Notes: generated from the sequence alone by a model not told the origin. A stretch of 64,000 nt of DNA from Candidatus Methylomirabilia bacterium (GCA_041497895.1 JBGQHJ010000004.1:11888-75887), one strand, 5' to 3'. Shown: positions 12,544-23,197, counted from the stretch's first letter. Program-made: numbers and translations.

Positions 12544-13637
12544 GCGGGGGCCTCGTCGCCGAAGATCGTCCCCACGCTGCGCGCCACCGTCACGCGCTCC
12601 CCGAGCGGATCGACGAGACGCGGACGGGTGACGGTCTCATCGATGGGCACGCGCTCGATCCGATTGCCGTGCAGGGCCACCATGCACCCGGAGTCGCCCT
12701 CGGCGAGCGCGGTCACCGCCGCGACCCCGAACCGGGTCGCCAGCATCCGATCGAACGCGGTCGGGCCCCCGCCGCGCTGCAGGTGCCCCAGCACGACGCA
12801 GCGCACCTCGAAGGGCACGAGGGCCTCGAGCGCGTGGGAGACCACCGCCCCCACCCCGCCCAGGCGGATCGGCTCCGGGCTGTCCGCGATCCGCTGGTGC
12901 ACCACCGGGCCCCCGTCGGGACGGAGGGCTCCCTCCGCCACCACCACGATCGAGAACCGGCGGCCGCGATGGGCGCGCGCGAGGATGCCGGTGGCGGCGG
13001 CCTCGTAGCGGAACGGGATCTCCGGGATCAGGACCACGTCCCCGCCCGCCGCGATCCCGGCCTCGAGGGCGATCCAGCCCGCCTGCCGGCCCATCACCTC
13101 GACCACCATGACGCGGTGATGGGCGGCGGCGGTGGTGTGCAGCCGATCGAGCGCCTCGGTCGCCACGCCCAGGGCCGAGTCGAACCCGACCGTGATGTCG
13201 GTGCCCGACACGTCGTTGTCGATGGTCTTCGGGATGCCGACGATCGGCAGGCCCCGCGCGGCGAGCCGCCGGGCGATCGTGAGGCTACCGTCGCCGCCGA
13301 CCACCACCAGGCCGTCGAGCCCGTGCCGCGCCGCGGTGGCCAGCACCGCGTCCGATCGATCCTCGTAGCCGGTCCCGCCCACGATCGGAACGCGGAACGG
13401 ATCGTCGCGGTTGGAGGCGCCCAGCATCGTGCCCCCCTGGGCGAGAATGCCGGCCACGTCGTCGAACCCGAGCGGGCGGGCACGATCCGCGAGCAGCCCG
13501 GCGAAGCCGTCGAGGAAGCCGGTCACCCGGAGCTCGTGCCGGTGCTCCGCGGTCTTCACCACCGCGCGCACCGCCGCGTTCATCCCCGGGCAATCGCCGC
13601 CCGCGGTCAGGACGCCGATGTGGCGGGGGCGCGCCAT
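12540..13637 (-). CDS. pfkA: 6-phosphofructokinase (PfkA family)
   Basis: GGDCPGMNA, GGDGS, PKTIDND, EVMGR, LGHLQRGG. Confidence 0.93.
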   Translation of the reverse strand: MARPRHIGVLTAGGDCPGMNAAVRAVVKTAEHRHELRVTGFLDGFAGLLADRARPLGFDDVAGILAQGGTMLGASNRDDPFRVPIVGGTGYEDRSDAVLATAARHGLDGLVVVGGDGSLTIARRLAARGLPIVGIPKTIDNDVSGTDITVGFDSALGVATEALDRLHTTAAAHHRVMVVEVMGRQAGWIALEAGIAAGGDVVLIPEIPFRYEAAATGILARAHRGRRFSIVVVAEGALRPDGGPVVHQRIADSPEPIRLGGVGAVVSHALEALVPFEVRCVVLGHLQRGGGPTAFDRMLATRFGVAAVTALAEGDSGCMVALHGNRIERVPIDETVTRPRLVDPLGERVTVARSVGTIFGDEAPA

Positions 13638-13670
13638 GCCCGGCCGATCAGCTGCGCTGCGCTTTCCAGA

Positions 13671-13976
13671 TCACCGCAGCGATGCGAGGTAGGAGGCGAG
13701 GGCCTGCACTTCGGCCTCGGTGAGCTGGAGCTTCGGCATGTGCTGGCGCGGCTTCTGCTGCGAGGGGTCGCGCAGCCAGCGGCCGAGGTAGGCCTCGTCG
13801 TGCTTCGCGCCGATCCGGGAGAGGTCCGTCGCGATCGGCGTGCCCGTCGCGCCGACCGTGTGACAGCCGTAGCAGCCCTGGTCCCTGAAGAGGCCCTTCC
13901 CGCGGGCCACCAGCGCGCCGTCCTCCGCCTCCACGCCCGCGGCCAGCAACAGCATCAGCAGCAGTCCCTTGATCAC
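13671..13976 (-). CDS. Monoheme cytochrome c (secreted)
   Basis: Signal peptide, CYGCH, distal Met in HMPK; GTG overlaps the upstream TGA; SD AAGGAGG. Confidence 0.88.
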   Translation of the reverse strand: MIKGLLLMLLLAAGVEAEDGALVARGKGLFRDQGCYGCHTVGATGTPIATDLSRIGAKHDEAYLGRWLRDPSQQKPRQHMPKLQLTEAEVQALASYLASLR

Positions 13977-14335
13977 GGCACGACCTCCTTGCTCTCCTGG
14001 CAGACCACGCACAAGCGCGCCGCGGGTACCGCCCGCAGGCGCGCGAGCGCGATGGGCTCACGGCAGCTCTCGCACATCCCGTACGCGCCCGATGCCAGCC
14101 GGCGCAGTGCGGCGGCCACCTCGTCGAGCTCCCGCTTCTCCTGACCCGCCAGCCGGGACATCAGCGTGGTCATCGAGCGCGACGAGGCATTGTCCAGCGA
14201 GTCGCCGGGGCCCGGGGCCTCGAGCGCCGACACCTCCTCGTCGCTGGCGGCCACCGTGCGCAGCAGGCTCTCGCGGGCCGCGAGGAGCCGACGGCGGAAC
14301 TCGTCGTGCAGGGTCGAATCGAACCGGCCATCCAT
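13973..14335 (-). CDS. TraR/DksA C4 zinc-finger protein
   Basis: Coiled coil with DSLDNA (DxxDxA), GAYGMCESC...RLRAVPAARLCVVC. Confidence 0.9.
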   Translation of the reverse strand: MDGRFDSTLHDEFRRRLLAARESLLRTVAASDEEVSALEAPGPGDSLDNASSRSMTTLMSRLAGQEKRELDEVAAALRRLASGAYGMCESCREPIALARLRAVPAARLCVVCQESKEVVP

Positions 14336-14374
14336 CGCGCTCCTCCTCGGTTGTTCTTCCTGGGCAGAGGCAGC

Positions 14375-14390
14375 TGCAACGTGAGTGCCA
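14375..14390 (-). promoter_or_regulatory. sigma54 promoter P2 (traR/dksA-cytochrome c-pfkA)
   Basis: Minus strand TGGCAC-TCACG-TTGCA. Confidence 0.9.
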
Positions 14391-14406
14391 TGCGGTAAGG
14401 CTGAAG

Positions 14407-14419
14407 AATCAGGACGTTG
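14407..14419 (+). promoter_or_regulatory. IHF-like site between P2 and U2
   Basis: AATCAGGACGTTG matches WATCAR-N4-TTR. Confidence 0.65.
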
Positions 14420-14441
14420 GCAGGGCCGACGCACACCTGCG

Positions 14442-14479
14442 TGGGGAGGGCGTGCCTCAGTCGGGGCCGGGCGGCCCCG
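14442..14479. promoter_or_regulatory. Tandem palindromic enhancer U2
   Basis: TGGGG-agggcgtg-CCTCA gt CGGGG-ccgggcgg-CCCCG. Confidence 0.8.
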
Positions 14480-14528
14480 AACCGGCGGGCCGCCGCTCGG
14501 GTCACGCCACCAGGCCGTCACTCGCCCA

Positions 14529-14948
14529 TCACGCCGATGCCGGCGCGATGGCGTCCATCAGATCGTTGCGGGAGACCATGCCGACGACCCGCTGTTCGTC
14601 GTCGATGACGGGCAGGCTCCGGAGCTTCGACTCGGTGAGGTACTCGACCGCGGAAGCCAGCGACTCCGTCGGGCGCAGGGCCAGGACCCCGTGAGCCATG
14701 AACCGGGACACCGGCTGCTGCCAGACCTCGGGGGTTTCGATGGCCAGGCACGCGACGCGCAGGAGGTCGCCCTTGGTGACCATGCCGACCAGACGTCCTT
14801 CGCGCGTGACGACCGGAAACGCATTGTAGTCGTACTTGGCCGCGACGTTGCGGACCTCGAGCATCGGGATCGCCTCGATGATCTGCACGATCTTCCGCGT
14901 CATCACGGTCTCCACCGGAGCGGCCAGCGCGCTCGGCGCGGAGCCCAT
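14529..14948 (-). CDS. CBS-pair domain protein
   Basis: VETVMTRKIV, AFPVV, GMVTKGD, LRSLPVID, GMVSRND. Confidence 0.88.
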   Translation of the reverse strand: MGSAPSALAAPVETVMTRKIVQIIEAIPMLEVRNVAAKYDYNAFPVVTREGRLVGMVTKGDLLRVACLAIETPEVWQQPVSRFMAHGVLALRPTESLASAVEYLTESKLRSLPVIDDEQRVVGMVSRNDLMDAIAPASA

Positions 14949-15337
14949 CACGCGTCCTCCCAGACGTCCTTGAGATCGCGGGGCAGCTGCGCACACACGT
15001 CGTCGGCCTCGCCGGGCGAGAGCTGCTCCTTGAGCGCGGCGAAGACGCCGATGGTGAGGAAGCGGGCCTCGCGAATGGTCTTGAGGCCCGCCTCCCGCCT
15101 GACCCGCTCGTAGAACTCCGGGCGATTCATCTTGATCGGCTTGCGCCCCGGCACGTCGCCGGCTTTCCACACCTCCTTGAGCGCGCGCGGCAGCTGCGCG
15201 ACCGCCTGCGCCGCCTCCGTCGGCAGCAGGCGGTCCCGCAGGGCGTGGAGGACGGCCGCGGATCCGACCTTGGCCACCCCCCGATCCGTCTGCCCGGTCT
15301 CGTCGATCACCCGGCGGTAGAAGCTGAGCGTGGTCAT
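14948..15337 (-). CDS. DUF2267-like protein
   Basis: Two internal repeats (VLHALRDRL...AQLPRALKEVW and VFAALKEQL...AQLPRDLKDVW). Confidence 0.75.
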   Translation of the reverse strand: MTTLSFYRRVIDETGQTDRGVAKVGSAAVLHALRDRLLPTEAAQAVAQLPRALKEVWKAGDVPGRKPIKMNRPEFYERVRREAGLKTIREARFLTIGVFAALKEQLSPGEADDVCAQLPRDLKDVWEDA

Positions 15338-15351
15338 TGGGATCCCTCCGG

Positions 15352-15834
15352 CTACTTCTTCAACAGACCGAGTGCCTCGCGGGCCTTGCGGGCCGAGAGG
15401 GTCATGTCACCCTTCTTGCAGGCGGCATCCGCCTGCTGGACGAGCGCGCCGGCCTGCTTCACCCGCGGCGCCTGGATGTCCTGCCCGCGCGGCACCGGAG
15501 GCTCCTGCTGGCTGCGGGGCGCCTGAATGTCCTGCTGGCGCGGTGCCTGAATGTCCTGCTGCCGCGGTGCCTGAATGTCCTGCTGCCGCGGTGCCTGGAT
15601 GTCCTGCTGGCGCGGTGCCTGAATGTCCTGCTGCCGCGGTGCCTGAATGTCCTGCGACCGGGCGCCCGCCTGACTGCGAGGAGACTGGATGTCCTGGCTC
15701 TTGGCCTGGGCGCTCTTGAGCGCGGCCTTGGCCTGGGCCAGCTCCGCCGGACATGGATCGGCAGCTCGGGCCACTCCGGGCGTCGTGAGCGCGATGATCC
15801 CGAGACCGAGCACGACAGCGACGACTTGCCTCAT
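15352..15834 (-). CDS. Secreted hypothetical protein with (Q)QDIQAPR tandem repeats and a Cys pair
   Basis: SD AAGGAG; signal peptide ending ARA; DPC...ACKK; eight QDIQ(A/S)PR units. Confidence 0.85.
   Translation of the reverse strand: MRQVVAVVLGLGIIALTTPGVARAADPCPAELAQAKAALKSAQAKSQDIQSPRSQAGARSQDIQAPRQQDIQAPRQQDIQAPRQQDIQAPRQQDIQAPRQQDIQAPRSQQEPPVPRGQDIQAPRVKQAGALVQQADAACKKGDMTLSARKAREALGLLKK
15514..15657 (-). repeat. Six tandem 24-bp coding repeats (xQDIQAPR)
   Basis: Unit CAGCAGGACAT(T/C)CAGGCACCGCG(G/C) with synonymous variation; two further dispersed copies at about 15463-15486 and 15676-15699. Confidence 0.95.
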
Positions 15835-15869
15835 GGCATTCTCCTTTTGATGGACCCTTACACGGTGGG

Positions 15870-15885
15870 TGCATTCCGAGTGCCA
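15870..15885 (-). promoter_or_regulatory. sigma54 promoter P3 (repeat protein-DUF2267-CBS)
   Basis: Minus strand TGGCAC-TCGGA-ATGCA; IHF-like AAACGGGACGTTG at 15912-15924. Confidence 0.82.
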
Positions 15886-15926
15886 CGCCACTCGGGTCGG
15901 CGGGTGCGAGAAAACGGGACGTTGGG

Positions 15927-15984
15927 CGGAGCCCGCGCGGCTCGGCTGGGGCGGCCCGCTCCGGAGTGAGGCGGCGATGCCCCG
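15927..15984. promoter_or_regulatory. Triple palindromic enhancer U3 (20-bp period)
   Basis: CGGAG-N8-GCTCG gc TGGGG-N8-TCCGG ag TGAGG-N8-CCCCG. Confidence 0.65.
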
Positions 15985-15994
15985 CCGCCCCGCC

Positions 15995-17464
15995 TCAGCC
16001 CTTGATGTTGCCGATCGGCGTGAGTGAAACCACGCGGCGGGAGATGTCGAGGCGGTGCAGGGTGTCGACCACCGCGGTCAGGTCCTTGTAGGCGAACCCG
16101 GCTTCCTCGGCCACTCCGGACTTGGACGCCGCGCGCACGACGATCCCGCGCTCCGCCATGCTCTTGATCAGGGTCTCCCCCCCCACTCGGCGCTTGGCCT
16201 GCGCGCGCGACATGGTGCGGCCCGCGCCGTGGGCCGTCGAGCCCCAGGTCTCGGCCATGGCCCGTGCGGTCCCGACCAGGAGCGCGGAGCCGGTCTCCAT
16301 GGAGCCGCCGATGATCACCGGCTGGCCGATCTCCCGGTAGTCGGCGGGCACGTCGGGCTCGCCCGGCCCGAAGGAGCGCGTGGCGCCCTTGCGGTGCACG
16401 ACCAGCTCCAGCGCCCGGCCGTCCACGACGTGGCGCTCGAGCTTGGCCGTGTTGTGGCAGACGTCGTAGACCACGGAGAGGCCGAGGGCATGCGCGTCGC
16501 GCCCGAACACCTTGGAAAACACTTCCCGGATCCGGTGGGTGATCACTTGCCGGTTGGCGAACGCGGTGTTCGCCGCGGCCGTCATGGCCCCGAAGTAGGC
16601 CTGCCCTTCCTTCGACCGAAACGGCGCGCACGCGAGCTCGCGGTCCCGCACGCTGATGCCGTACTGCGGCATCACCCGGTCGAACATCTTGAGGTAGTCG
16701 GTGCCGACCTGATGACCGAAGCCGCGCGAGCCGCAGTGGAGCATGACGAAGATCTGACCGGGGCCGTCCACGCCGAGGACGCGCGCCACGCGCTCGTCGT
16801 GGATGGCGCCGGGCCGCACCACCTGGATCTCCAGGTAGTGGTTGCCGGAGCCCAGCGTCCCGAGCTGCTCCATCCCCCGCTCGAGCGCCCGCGCGCTGAC
16901 CTGCTCGGGATCGGCCCCGGGCAGGCAGCCGCCACTCTCGATGTGCGCGAGATCCTCGGGCCACGCGTAGCCGCGCGCCACGCACCAGCCGGCGCCCTCC
17001 ACCATCACCTTGCGGAACTCCGACCCGGAGAGGCGCACGAAGCCCTTCGCGCCGACCCCGGCCGGCACCGAGCGGAACAGGGCATCGATCAGCTGGGGCA
17101 AGCGCGGCCGCACCTCGGCCTCGGTGAGGCCGGTCCGCACGAGCCGCATCCCGCAGTTGATGTCGAACCCGATGCCGCCCGGCGAGATCACCCCCGAGTC
17201 GGCGCGGAACGCGGCGACCCCGCCGATCGGGAAGCCGTACCCCCAGTGGCCGTCGGGCATGCAGAGCGACGCGCGCACGATGCCGGGCAGGCAGGCCACG
17301 TTGGTGACCTGCTCGAACACGCCGTCGTCCATCTGCTCGAGCAACGGGCCCGAGGCGTAGAGACGCGCCGGCACCAGCATGCCGGGCTTCGCCTGCGCCG
17401 GGATCTCCCAGACGCACTCCTCGACCCGCCGGGCCGCGCCGCGCAGCGATTCGGTGATCTTCAT
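15995..17464 (-). CDS. rtcB: RtcB RNA ligase (archaeal/eukaryote-like long form)
   Basis: MPDGHWGYGFPIGGV, GFDINCG, LGTLGSGNHYLE, HCGSRG, YDVCHN, HRKGAT, HGAGR, AYKD. Confidence 0.96.
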   Translation of the reverse strand: MKITESLRGAARRVEECVWEIPAQAKPGMLVPARLYASGPLLEQMDDGVFEQVTNVACLPGIVRASLCMPDGHWGYGFPIGGVAAFRADSGVISPGGIGFDINCGMRLVRTGLTEAEVRPRLPQLIDALFRSVPAGVGAKGFVRLSGSEFRKVMVEGAGWCVARGYAWPEDLAHIESGGCLPGADPEQVSARALERGMEQLGTLGSGNHYLEIQVVRPGAIHDERVARVLGVDGPGQIFVMLHCGSRGFGHQVGTDYLKMFDRVMPQYGISVRDRELACAPFRSKEGQAYFGAMTAAANTAFANRQVITHRIREVFSKVFGRDAHALGLSVVYDVCHNTAKLERHVVDGRALELVVHRKGATRSFGPGEPDVPADYREIGQPVIIGGSMETGSALLVGTARAMAETWGSTAHGAGRTMSRAQAKRRVGGETLIKSMAERGIVVRAASKSGVAEEAGFAYKDLTAVVDTLHRLDISRRVVSLTPIGNIKG

Positions 17465-17471
17465 GCGTCTC

Positions 17472-17900
17472 CTAGATGTCGATGACCACTCGCGCGCGCC
17501 AGCCTCCCTCGACGGGCGCGAGCGCGAACTGGTGGAAGGTGACCGCCTTGGGGTCGGCCCCCAGCGCGGTACGCGGGGGATCGATGATACCGCCCTGGAC
17601 GTCGGCGGTCAGCCGGTACGGCCCCTCCCCCGTCACGCGCACCACCGCGTGGGGAAAGACCTGGGCGTCCCGGTCCTTGAGAAAGATCATCTCGGACAGC
17701 CAGTCGTACAGCAGCAGGTCGCGCTCCGCGGCCTCGAGCTCGATCCGCCGCTCGACCGTGATCGCCAGCGTGCCCGGATCCACCATGAGGCGGGCGATGG
17801 CCGCCGCCGCGGTCTCGAAGAGATCGTCGAGGGACTTCCCCTCGATCTCGACCGCGCAGTCGGCCAGCGCCACGTCCTCCAGGAACGTGTAGCGCCCCAT
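17472..17900 (-). CDS. Archease (RtcB activator)
   Basis: YTFLEDVALAD..., LLYDWLSEMIF, KAVTFH, C-terminal VVIDI; directly upstream of rtcB. Confidence 0.88.
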   Translation of the reverse strand: MGRYTFLEDVALADCAVEIEGKSLDDLFETAAAAIARLMVDPGTLAITVERRIELEAAERDLLLYDWLSEMIFLKDRDAQVFPHAVVRVTGEGPYRLTADVQGGIIDPPRTALGADPKAVTFHQFALAPVEGGWRARVVIDI

Positions 17901-17905
17901 CCGGG

Positions 17906-18112
17906 CTAGCGGCCGCCGGGGATCACGGTCTCCTTCCGCGTCGAGATGCCGAGCGCCGACCAGATCGGGCACCATCCCGCGAGCGCGGTGGCGATCGGGA
18001 CCACCCCGATCAGGCCCCACCACGTCTGCGGTCCCACCACGACCAGGGCCAGCAACACCACGCCGACCAGGACCCGGATCACTCGTTCCGCACTCCCCAC
18101 GTTGAGCGTCAT
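17906..18112 (-). CDS. DUF2892 (YgaP-like) membrane protein
   Basis: NVGSAERVIR..., GWCPIWSALGIST. Confidence 0.88.
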   Translation of the reverse strand: MTLNVGSAERVIRVLVGVVLLALVVVGPQTWWGLIGVVPIATALAGWCPIWSALGISTRKETVIPGGR

Positions 18113-18136
18113 CTCGCCTCCTCCTCTCGGGTCAGG

Positions 18137-18529
18137 TCAGCTCTCCGCCGCCTCCGCCATGATCGCCTCGAGCGTGGCCTCCACCTCGCGGGCGACCTCC
18201 TTGAGACCCGGGGTCCCGTAGAGGTCGATCAGCGCGCTCGGCTTGATGGTGGCCAGCTTGGTGACGCCGCCCTCCTCGTAGAGCGAGATCCGGCACGGCA
18301 GCGCGGTGGAGATCTCGAGGTTGGTGTCGAGCACCTTCTTCGCCTGGATCGGGTTGCACACCTCGAAGATCCGGCACTCGTGGTCGAAGGACACGCCCTT
18401 CTCGGCCATCTTGGCCCGGAGGTCGTGCGTCCCCAGCACCCCGAACTTGTGGCGGGCCACCGCGGCCTCGAGATCCTTGGCGACCCGATCCAGCGGCTTG
18501 CGGGATTGAACGACGTGCAGCATCGGCAT
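18137..18529 (-). CDS. DUF302 family protein
   Basis: FGVLGTHDL, IFEVCNP, LPCRISLYE. Confidence 0.85.
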   Translation of the reverse strand: MPMLHVVQSRKPLDRVAKDLEAAVARHKFGVLGTHDLRAKMAEKGVSFDHECRIFEVCNPIQAKKVLDTNLEISTALPCRISLYEEGGVTKLATIKPSALIDLYGTPGLKEVAREVEATLEAIMAEAAES

Positions 18530-18542
18530 GATTGTCCTCCTC

Positions 18543-21500
18543 TCAGCGCTCGGCCATGTAGTAGAGGACCGGCACCGCCATGCGGGACAGCAGGGTGGAC
18601 GCGACCTCGCCGGCCATGAGCGACACCGCGAGGCCCTGGAAGATCGGATCGAACAGGATCACCGAGGCGCCCACCACCACCGCGGCCGCGGTGAGCAGCA
18701 TGGGACGGAAGCGCACCGCGCCCGCGTCGATCACCGCCTCGGCCAGCGGCATGCCCTGGGCCCGGCGCAGCTCGATGAAGTCCACCAGGATGATCGAGTT
18801 GCGCACGATGATGCCGGCGCCCGCGATGAAGCCGATCATCGAGGTGGCGGTGAAGAAGGCGCCGAGCAGGCCGTGGGCGGGCAGGATCCCGACCAGGGTG
18901 AGCGGGATCGGCGCCATGATCACGAGCGGCGTGCGGAACGACCGGAACCAGCCCACCACCAGCACGTAGATCAGCACCATCACCGCGCCGAAGGCCAGGC
19001 CCAGATCGCGGAACACCTCGTAGGTCACCTGCCACTCCCCGTCCCACTTCATGGCCACGTGCTCGGTGAGGAACGGCTGGCTGGCCACGTGACGAGGGAT
19101 GGCGCGCCCGTCGGGCAAGCGCACCGTGTCCAGCTCCCGGTTCATGCGGAGGATCGCATAGACCGGGCTCTCCTCCTGGCCGGCCACGTCGCCGGTGACG
19201 TAGACCACCCGCTGGAGGTTCTTCCGGTACACGAACGGGGGCTCGGTGGTGGCCTCCACCCGGACGAGCTCGGCCAGCGGCACCAGCGCGCCACTGCCGC
19301 TCCGGAGCTTGAGCCCGGCCAGGGCATCCACCCCGCTTCGCTGGTCGCGGGGCAGCCTCACGAAGATCGGCACGTCCTCCTTCTCGGCCGGCAGGTGGGC
19401 GAGGCCCGGGCTCGCCCCGCCGAGGACCACCCGCAGTGCGTCCACCACGCGCTCCGTCGAGACGCCGAGCAGCGCCGCCTTCTCCTTGTCGAGGACGAAG
19501 CGGTAGCCGGGCTGCGGATCCTCCACGTACCAGTCCACGTCCACCACGCCCGGCGTGCGCTCGAAGACGCCGAGCACCCGCCGCGCGGCGTCGAGCTGGG
19601 CGGTCCGATCGTCGCCGTACACCTCGGCGACGAGGGTTTGCAAGACCGGCGGGCCCGGCGGGACCTCGGCGACCTTGATGCGAGCGCCCGCGGGCCCCGC
19701 GATCCGCGCCAGCACCGGGCGCAGCCGCCCGGCGATCTCGTGGCTCTGGACGCTCCGCTCGCCCTTGGGCCGGAGGTTCACCTGGATGTCGGCCACGTTC
19801 GATCCCTGCCGCACCGGCGGGAAGTAGTGGCGGATCAGCCCGTTGAAATTGTACGGCGCCGCGGTCCCCACGTAGAGCTGCAGGTCGGTCACGTCGCGAT
19901 CGGCGGCCAGGGCCCGGCCGAGCTCGCGGCCCACCCGCGCCGTCTCCTCGAGCGTGGTGCCCTCCGGCATGTCCACGATCACCTGCAGCTCGCTCTTGTT
20001 GTCGAAGGGCAGCATCTTCACCCGCACCAGCCGGAAGTACACGAGCGAGCCCGATCCCAGCAGGAGCAGGCCGACCACGCCCAGGAAGAGCCAGCGGCGC
20101 TTCCAGTCGGTGAGCAGCGGCGTCATGATCCGGCGGTAGAGGCGCGTGGTCCAGTCCTCCGCGCCCTCCTCGTGGCCGGGCCCGCCGCCGGTGGGCGCGC
20201 GCAGCAGTCGGGTGGCGGCCCACGGGGAGACCATGAACGCGATGAAGAGCGAGAAGAGCATGGCCACCGAGGCGCCCACCGGGATCGGCCGCATGTACGG
20301 ACCCATGAGCCCGCCCACGAAGGCCATGGGCAGGATCGCGGCGATCACCGCGAACGTGGCGAGGATGGTGGGGTTGCCGACCTCGTCCACCGCCTCGACC
20401 GCCACCGCGGCCCGGGAGCGGCCGCGGTTGGCGGGCAGGTGGACGTGACGCGCGATGTTCTCGACCACCACGATCGCGTCGTCCACCAGGATGCCGATGG
20501 AGAAGATCAGGGCGAAGAGGGTGACCCGGTTCAGCGTGTAGCCGTAGAGATAGTAGAGGAAGAGGGTGAGCGCCAGCGTGACCGGGATCGCCACCAGCAC
20601 CACCAGGGACGCGCGCAGGCCCAGGAACAGCGCGATCAGCCCGGTCACCGACACCGTGGCGAGCAGCAGGTGCCGGAGGAGCTCGTTGGACTTCTCGCTG
20701 GCCGTCTCCCCGTAGTTGCGGGTCACGGCCAGGTGCACGTCGGCGGGGATCAGGCCGCCGCGGACCGCCTGCACCTTGGCCAGCACGCGGTCGGCGATCA
20801 CCACCGCGTTGGTGCCCTTGCGCTTGGCCACCGACAGCGTCACCGCGGAGGCGACGTGTCCCGGAGCGGGGCCGTGGCCCGAGGCGCCCGCCCCCCCGCT
20901 CATCAGCACGTACTCCCGCGGCTCCTCGGGCCCGTCGTCCACGGAGGCCACGTCCCGCAGGTGGACGGGCCGGCCACGCGTCACCCCCACCACCACCTGC
21001 CCCAGCGCGGCGGGCTCGGCCAGGAAGACGCCGGCGTCGACCAGGTACTCGCGGTTGCCCCGGGAGAAGCGCCCGACCCGGAGCTCGCGGTTCGCCTCGC
21101 CGAGCGCCGCCACCACCGCGTCCGGCGTCACCCCGAAGCCGGCGAGGCGCTCGCGGTCGAGCGTCACCCGGAGCTGCCGGCGCAGCCCGCCGATGAGGCG
21201 CGTCTCGGCCACGTCGGAGACGGCCTTGACCTGGTCGTCGAGCTGCGCGGCGATGCGGCGCAGGGTGAACGGATCGGCGTGCTCGCTCCAGAGGGTGAGC
21301 GCCAGGATCGGCACGTCGTCGATGGAGCGGGGCTTGACGAGGGGCTGGGAGGCCCCGGGTGGGATCAGGTCGAAGTTGGCCCGCAGCTTGTCGTGGAGCT
21401 TGACCATGCTGCGCTCCTCGTCCTCGCCCACGTAAAAGCGCACGATGGCCAGGGCGGCCCCGGGCTGGCTGGTCGAGTAGACATACTCGACGCCGGGGAT

Positions 21501-21740
21501 CTCCCGCAGCTTCTTCTCCAGCGGAATGCTGATGCGCTCCTCGATCTCCTTGATCCCGGCCCCGGGCATCTCCACGAAGACGTCCGCGAAGGGCACCACG
21601 ATCTGCGGCTCCTCCTCCCGCGGGGTGGCGAGGACCGCGAAGAGACCCAGCAGGAGCGAGCCCAGCACCACGAGCTGGGTCAGCTTGGAATCGATGAAGG
21701 CCTGCGCCAGCCGGCCCGCCACGCCGATCGGGCGGCTCAC
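18543..21740 (-). CDS. RND efflux permease subunit
   Basis: 1065 aa; [46 protein letters not shown]. Confidence 0.95.
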   Translation of the reverse strand: MSRPIGVAGRLAQAFIDSKLTQLVVLGSLLLGLFAVLATPREEEPQIVVPFADVFVEMPGAGIKEIEERISIPLEKKLREIPGVEYVYSTSQPGAALAIVRFYVGEDEERSMVKLHDKLRANFDLIPPGASQPLVKPRSIDDVPILALTLWSEHADPFTLRRIAAQLDDQVKAVSDVAETRLIGGLRRQLRVTLDRERLAGFGVTPDAVVAALGEANRELRVGRFSRGNREYLVDAGVFLAEPAALGQVVVGVTRGRPVHLRDVASVDDGPEEPREYVLMSGGAGASGHGPAPGHVASAVTLSVAKRKGTNAVVIADRVLAKVQAVRGGLIPADVHLAVTRNYGETASEKSNELLRHLLLATVSVTGLIALFLGLRASLVVLVAIPVTLALTLFLYYLYGYTLNRVTLFALIFSIGILVDDAIVVVENIARHVHLPANRGRSRAAVAVEAVDEVGNPTILATFAVIAAILPMAFVGGLMGPYMRPIPVGASVAMLFSLFIAFMVSPWAATRLLRAPTGGGPGHEEGAEDWTTRLYRRIMTPLLTDWKRRWLFLGVVGLLLLGSGSLVYFRLVRVKMLPFDNKSELQVIVDMPEGTTLEETARVGRELGRALAADRDVTDLQLYVGTAAPYNFNGLIRHYFPPVRQGSNVADIQVNLRPKGERSVQSHEIAGRLRPVLARIAGPAGARIKVAEVPPGPPVLQTLVAEVYGDDRTAQLDAARRVLGVFERTPGVVDVDWYVEDPQPGYRFVLDKEKAALLGVSTERVVDALRVVLGGASPGLAHLPAEKEDVPIFVRLPRDQRSGVDALAGLKLRSGSGALVPLAELVRVEATTEPPFVYRKNLQRVVYVTGDVAGQEESPVYAILRMNRELDTVRLPDGRAIPRHVASQPFLTEHVAMKWDGEWQVTYEVFRDLGLAFGAVMVLIYVLVVGWFRSFRTPLVIMAPIPLTLVGILPAHGLLGAFFTATSMIGFIAGAGIIVRNSIILVDFIELRRAQGMPLAEAVIDAGAVRFRPMLLTAAAVVVGASVILFDPIFQGLAVSLMAGEVASTLLSRMAVPVLYYMAER

Positions 21741-22933
21741 GACCCGGTCGCGACGCTCGCGCCGTCACTCAGGCGGGGCGCGCCCTCCACCACGAGGCGC
21801 TCCCCCGCGTCCAGGCCCGAGAGGATCTCGACGCGGTCTCCGTACCGCGCGCCCGCGGTGACCAGGCGGAGCCGGGCGATCCCCCGGGCGTCCACGACGT
21901 ACGCGCTGGTGAGCTGGCCGCGCTCGACCAGGGCGGCGAGCGGGACCAGCAGGGCCTGGCGCTCCGCGGCGGGAAAGCGGGCGCGCCCGAACAGGCCGGT
22001 GCGCAGCCCGGGGTCGGCCGGCAGGTCGAGCTTGACCGTCACCGTGCGGCTGGTCGGATCGGCGGCGGGGATGATCTCGGCCACGCGGCCGAGCAGCGTG
22101 CGCGCGAGCGAGTCGACCACGACCGGGACGCTCTGGCCGATCTGCACGCGGCCGACCGCGGACTCCCCGACCACGGCCTCGAGGCGGTACGCACGCGGGT
22201 CGTCGAGCACGAGCAGGGGCTGGCCGGGGACCGCCAGGTCTCCCGGCTCCGCGCGGCGATCCACCACCACCCCGGTGGCCGGCGCGGTGATGCGCGTCTC
22301 GCCCAGCGCGATCTCGCTCGCCTGCAGCTCCGCGCTCGCTCCGTCGATGCGATAGCGCATCTGCTTCTCGCGGGCGTGCAGCGAGGCGATGCGCGCCTGG
22401 GCCTGCTCGACCGCGGCTGCGGTGCTCTTCCGCTTCATCTCCACCGCCTCGTAGTCCTGCGCGCTGACCAGCTCGCGCTGCCAGAGCTGGCGATAGCGTC
22501 CCGCGGTGGCCGCCGCATAGACGTGATCGGCGTCGGCCGATCGAAGGGCGGCCTCCCCCTCCTCGAGCGTCCGCCGCGCCTCGTCGAGCGCCATCTCGGC
22601 CTCCGCGAGCGCGGCCCGGGCCCGCTCCGCGCGCGCCGCGAGCTCACGCTCGTCGACGGTCACCAGCACCCGGCCCTGCTCGACGTGGTCGCCCTGGCGC
22701 ACCCGGATCTCGCGGACGTAGCCTTGCACCTTGCTCGAGACCAGCATCTGGGTCTTGGTCCGCACGGTCCCGACGACCTCCTCGGCGTCCCGCAGCGCCG
22801 AGAGGGCCAGCGTCTCCACCCGCACGCCGGTCACCGGCACGGCCCGATCCGCGGGGGCCTCGGCGGCGCGCTCGCCGCGGCAGGCCGCGAGCGCCGCGAG
22901 CGCCACGACCGCGACGAGGCACCGCGAGGTCAC
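21737..22933 (-). CDS. RND periplasmic adaptor (membrane fusion protein), lipoprotein
   Basis: Lipobox [18 protein letters not shown], long coiled coil, [16 protein letters not shown]. Confidence 0.92.
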   Translation of the reverse strand: MTSRCLVAVVALAALAACRGERAAEAPADRAVPVTGVRVETLALSALRDAEEVVGTVRTKTQMLVSSKVQGYVREIRVRQGDHVEQGRVLVTVDERELAARAERARAALAEAEMALDEARRTLEEGEAALRSADADHVYAAATAGRYRQLWQRELVSAQDYEAVEMKRKSTAAAVEQAQARIASLHAREKQMRYRIDGASAELQASEIALGETRITAPATGVVVDRRAEPGDLAVPGQPLLVLDDPRAYRLEAVVGESAVGRVQIGQSVPVVVDSLARTLLGRVAEIIPAADPTSRTVTVKLDLPADPGLRTGLFGRARFPAAERQALLVPLAALVERGQLTSAYVVDARGIARLRLVTAGARYGDRVEILSGLDAGERLVVEGAPRLSDGASVATGS

Positions 22934-23139
22934 GCGCGCACGCCCGCCGCGCCGCGCTCGACGCCGAGCTTCCGGAGGAACGTCTCCATCAGGCACCAGC
23001 CGGTGAGCGCAGACTGGAAGAGGTTGAGGCCCACGAACAGCGTGAAGAGCAGCCAGTACGGGCTGTGCACGTAGCTCAGCACGACGCTCACGGTGACGAA
23101 GGTCCCGGCGATGAGGCGGATCCAGCGTTCGAGCGACAT
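22930..23139 (-). CDS. DUF2892 (YgaP-like) membrane protein
   Basis: MSLERWIRLIAG...VGLNLFQSALTGWCLMETFL; SD GGAGG. Confidence 0.88.
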   Translation of the reverse strand: MSLERWIRLIAGTFVTVSVVLSYVHSPYWLLFTLFVGLNLFQSALTGWCLMETFLRKLGVERGAAGVRA

Positions 23140-23197
23140 GGCTTCCTCCCGCGTTGCGCCCGTCACGGGCTAGGAGTGATGTACCCGCTCATGACGG

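Noticed and set aside
15514..15657. 24-bp repeats as a CRISPR array or RiPP multi-core precursor
   Set aside because: The repeats are contiguous with no spacers, in frame and synonymously varied. No cas genes or RiPP maturases are nearby.
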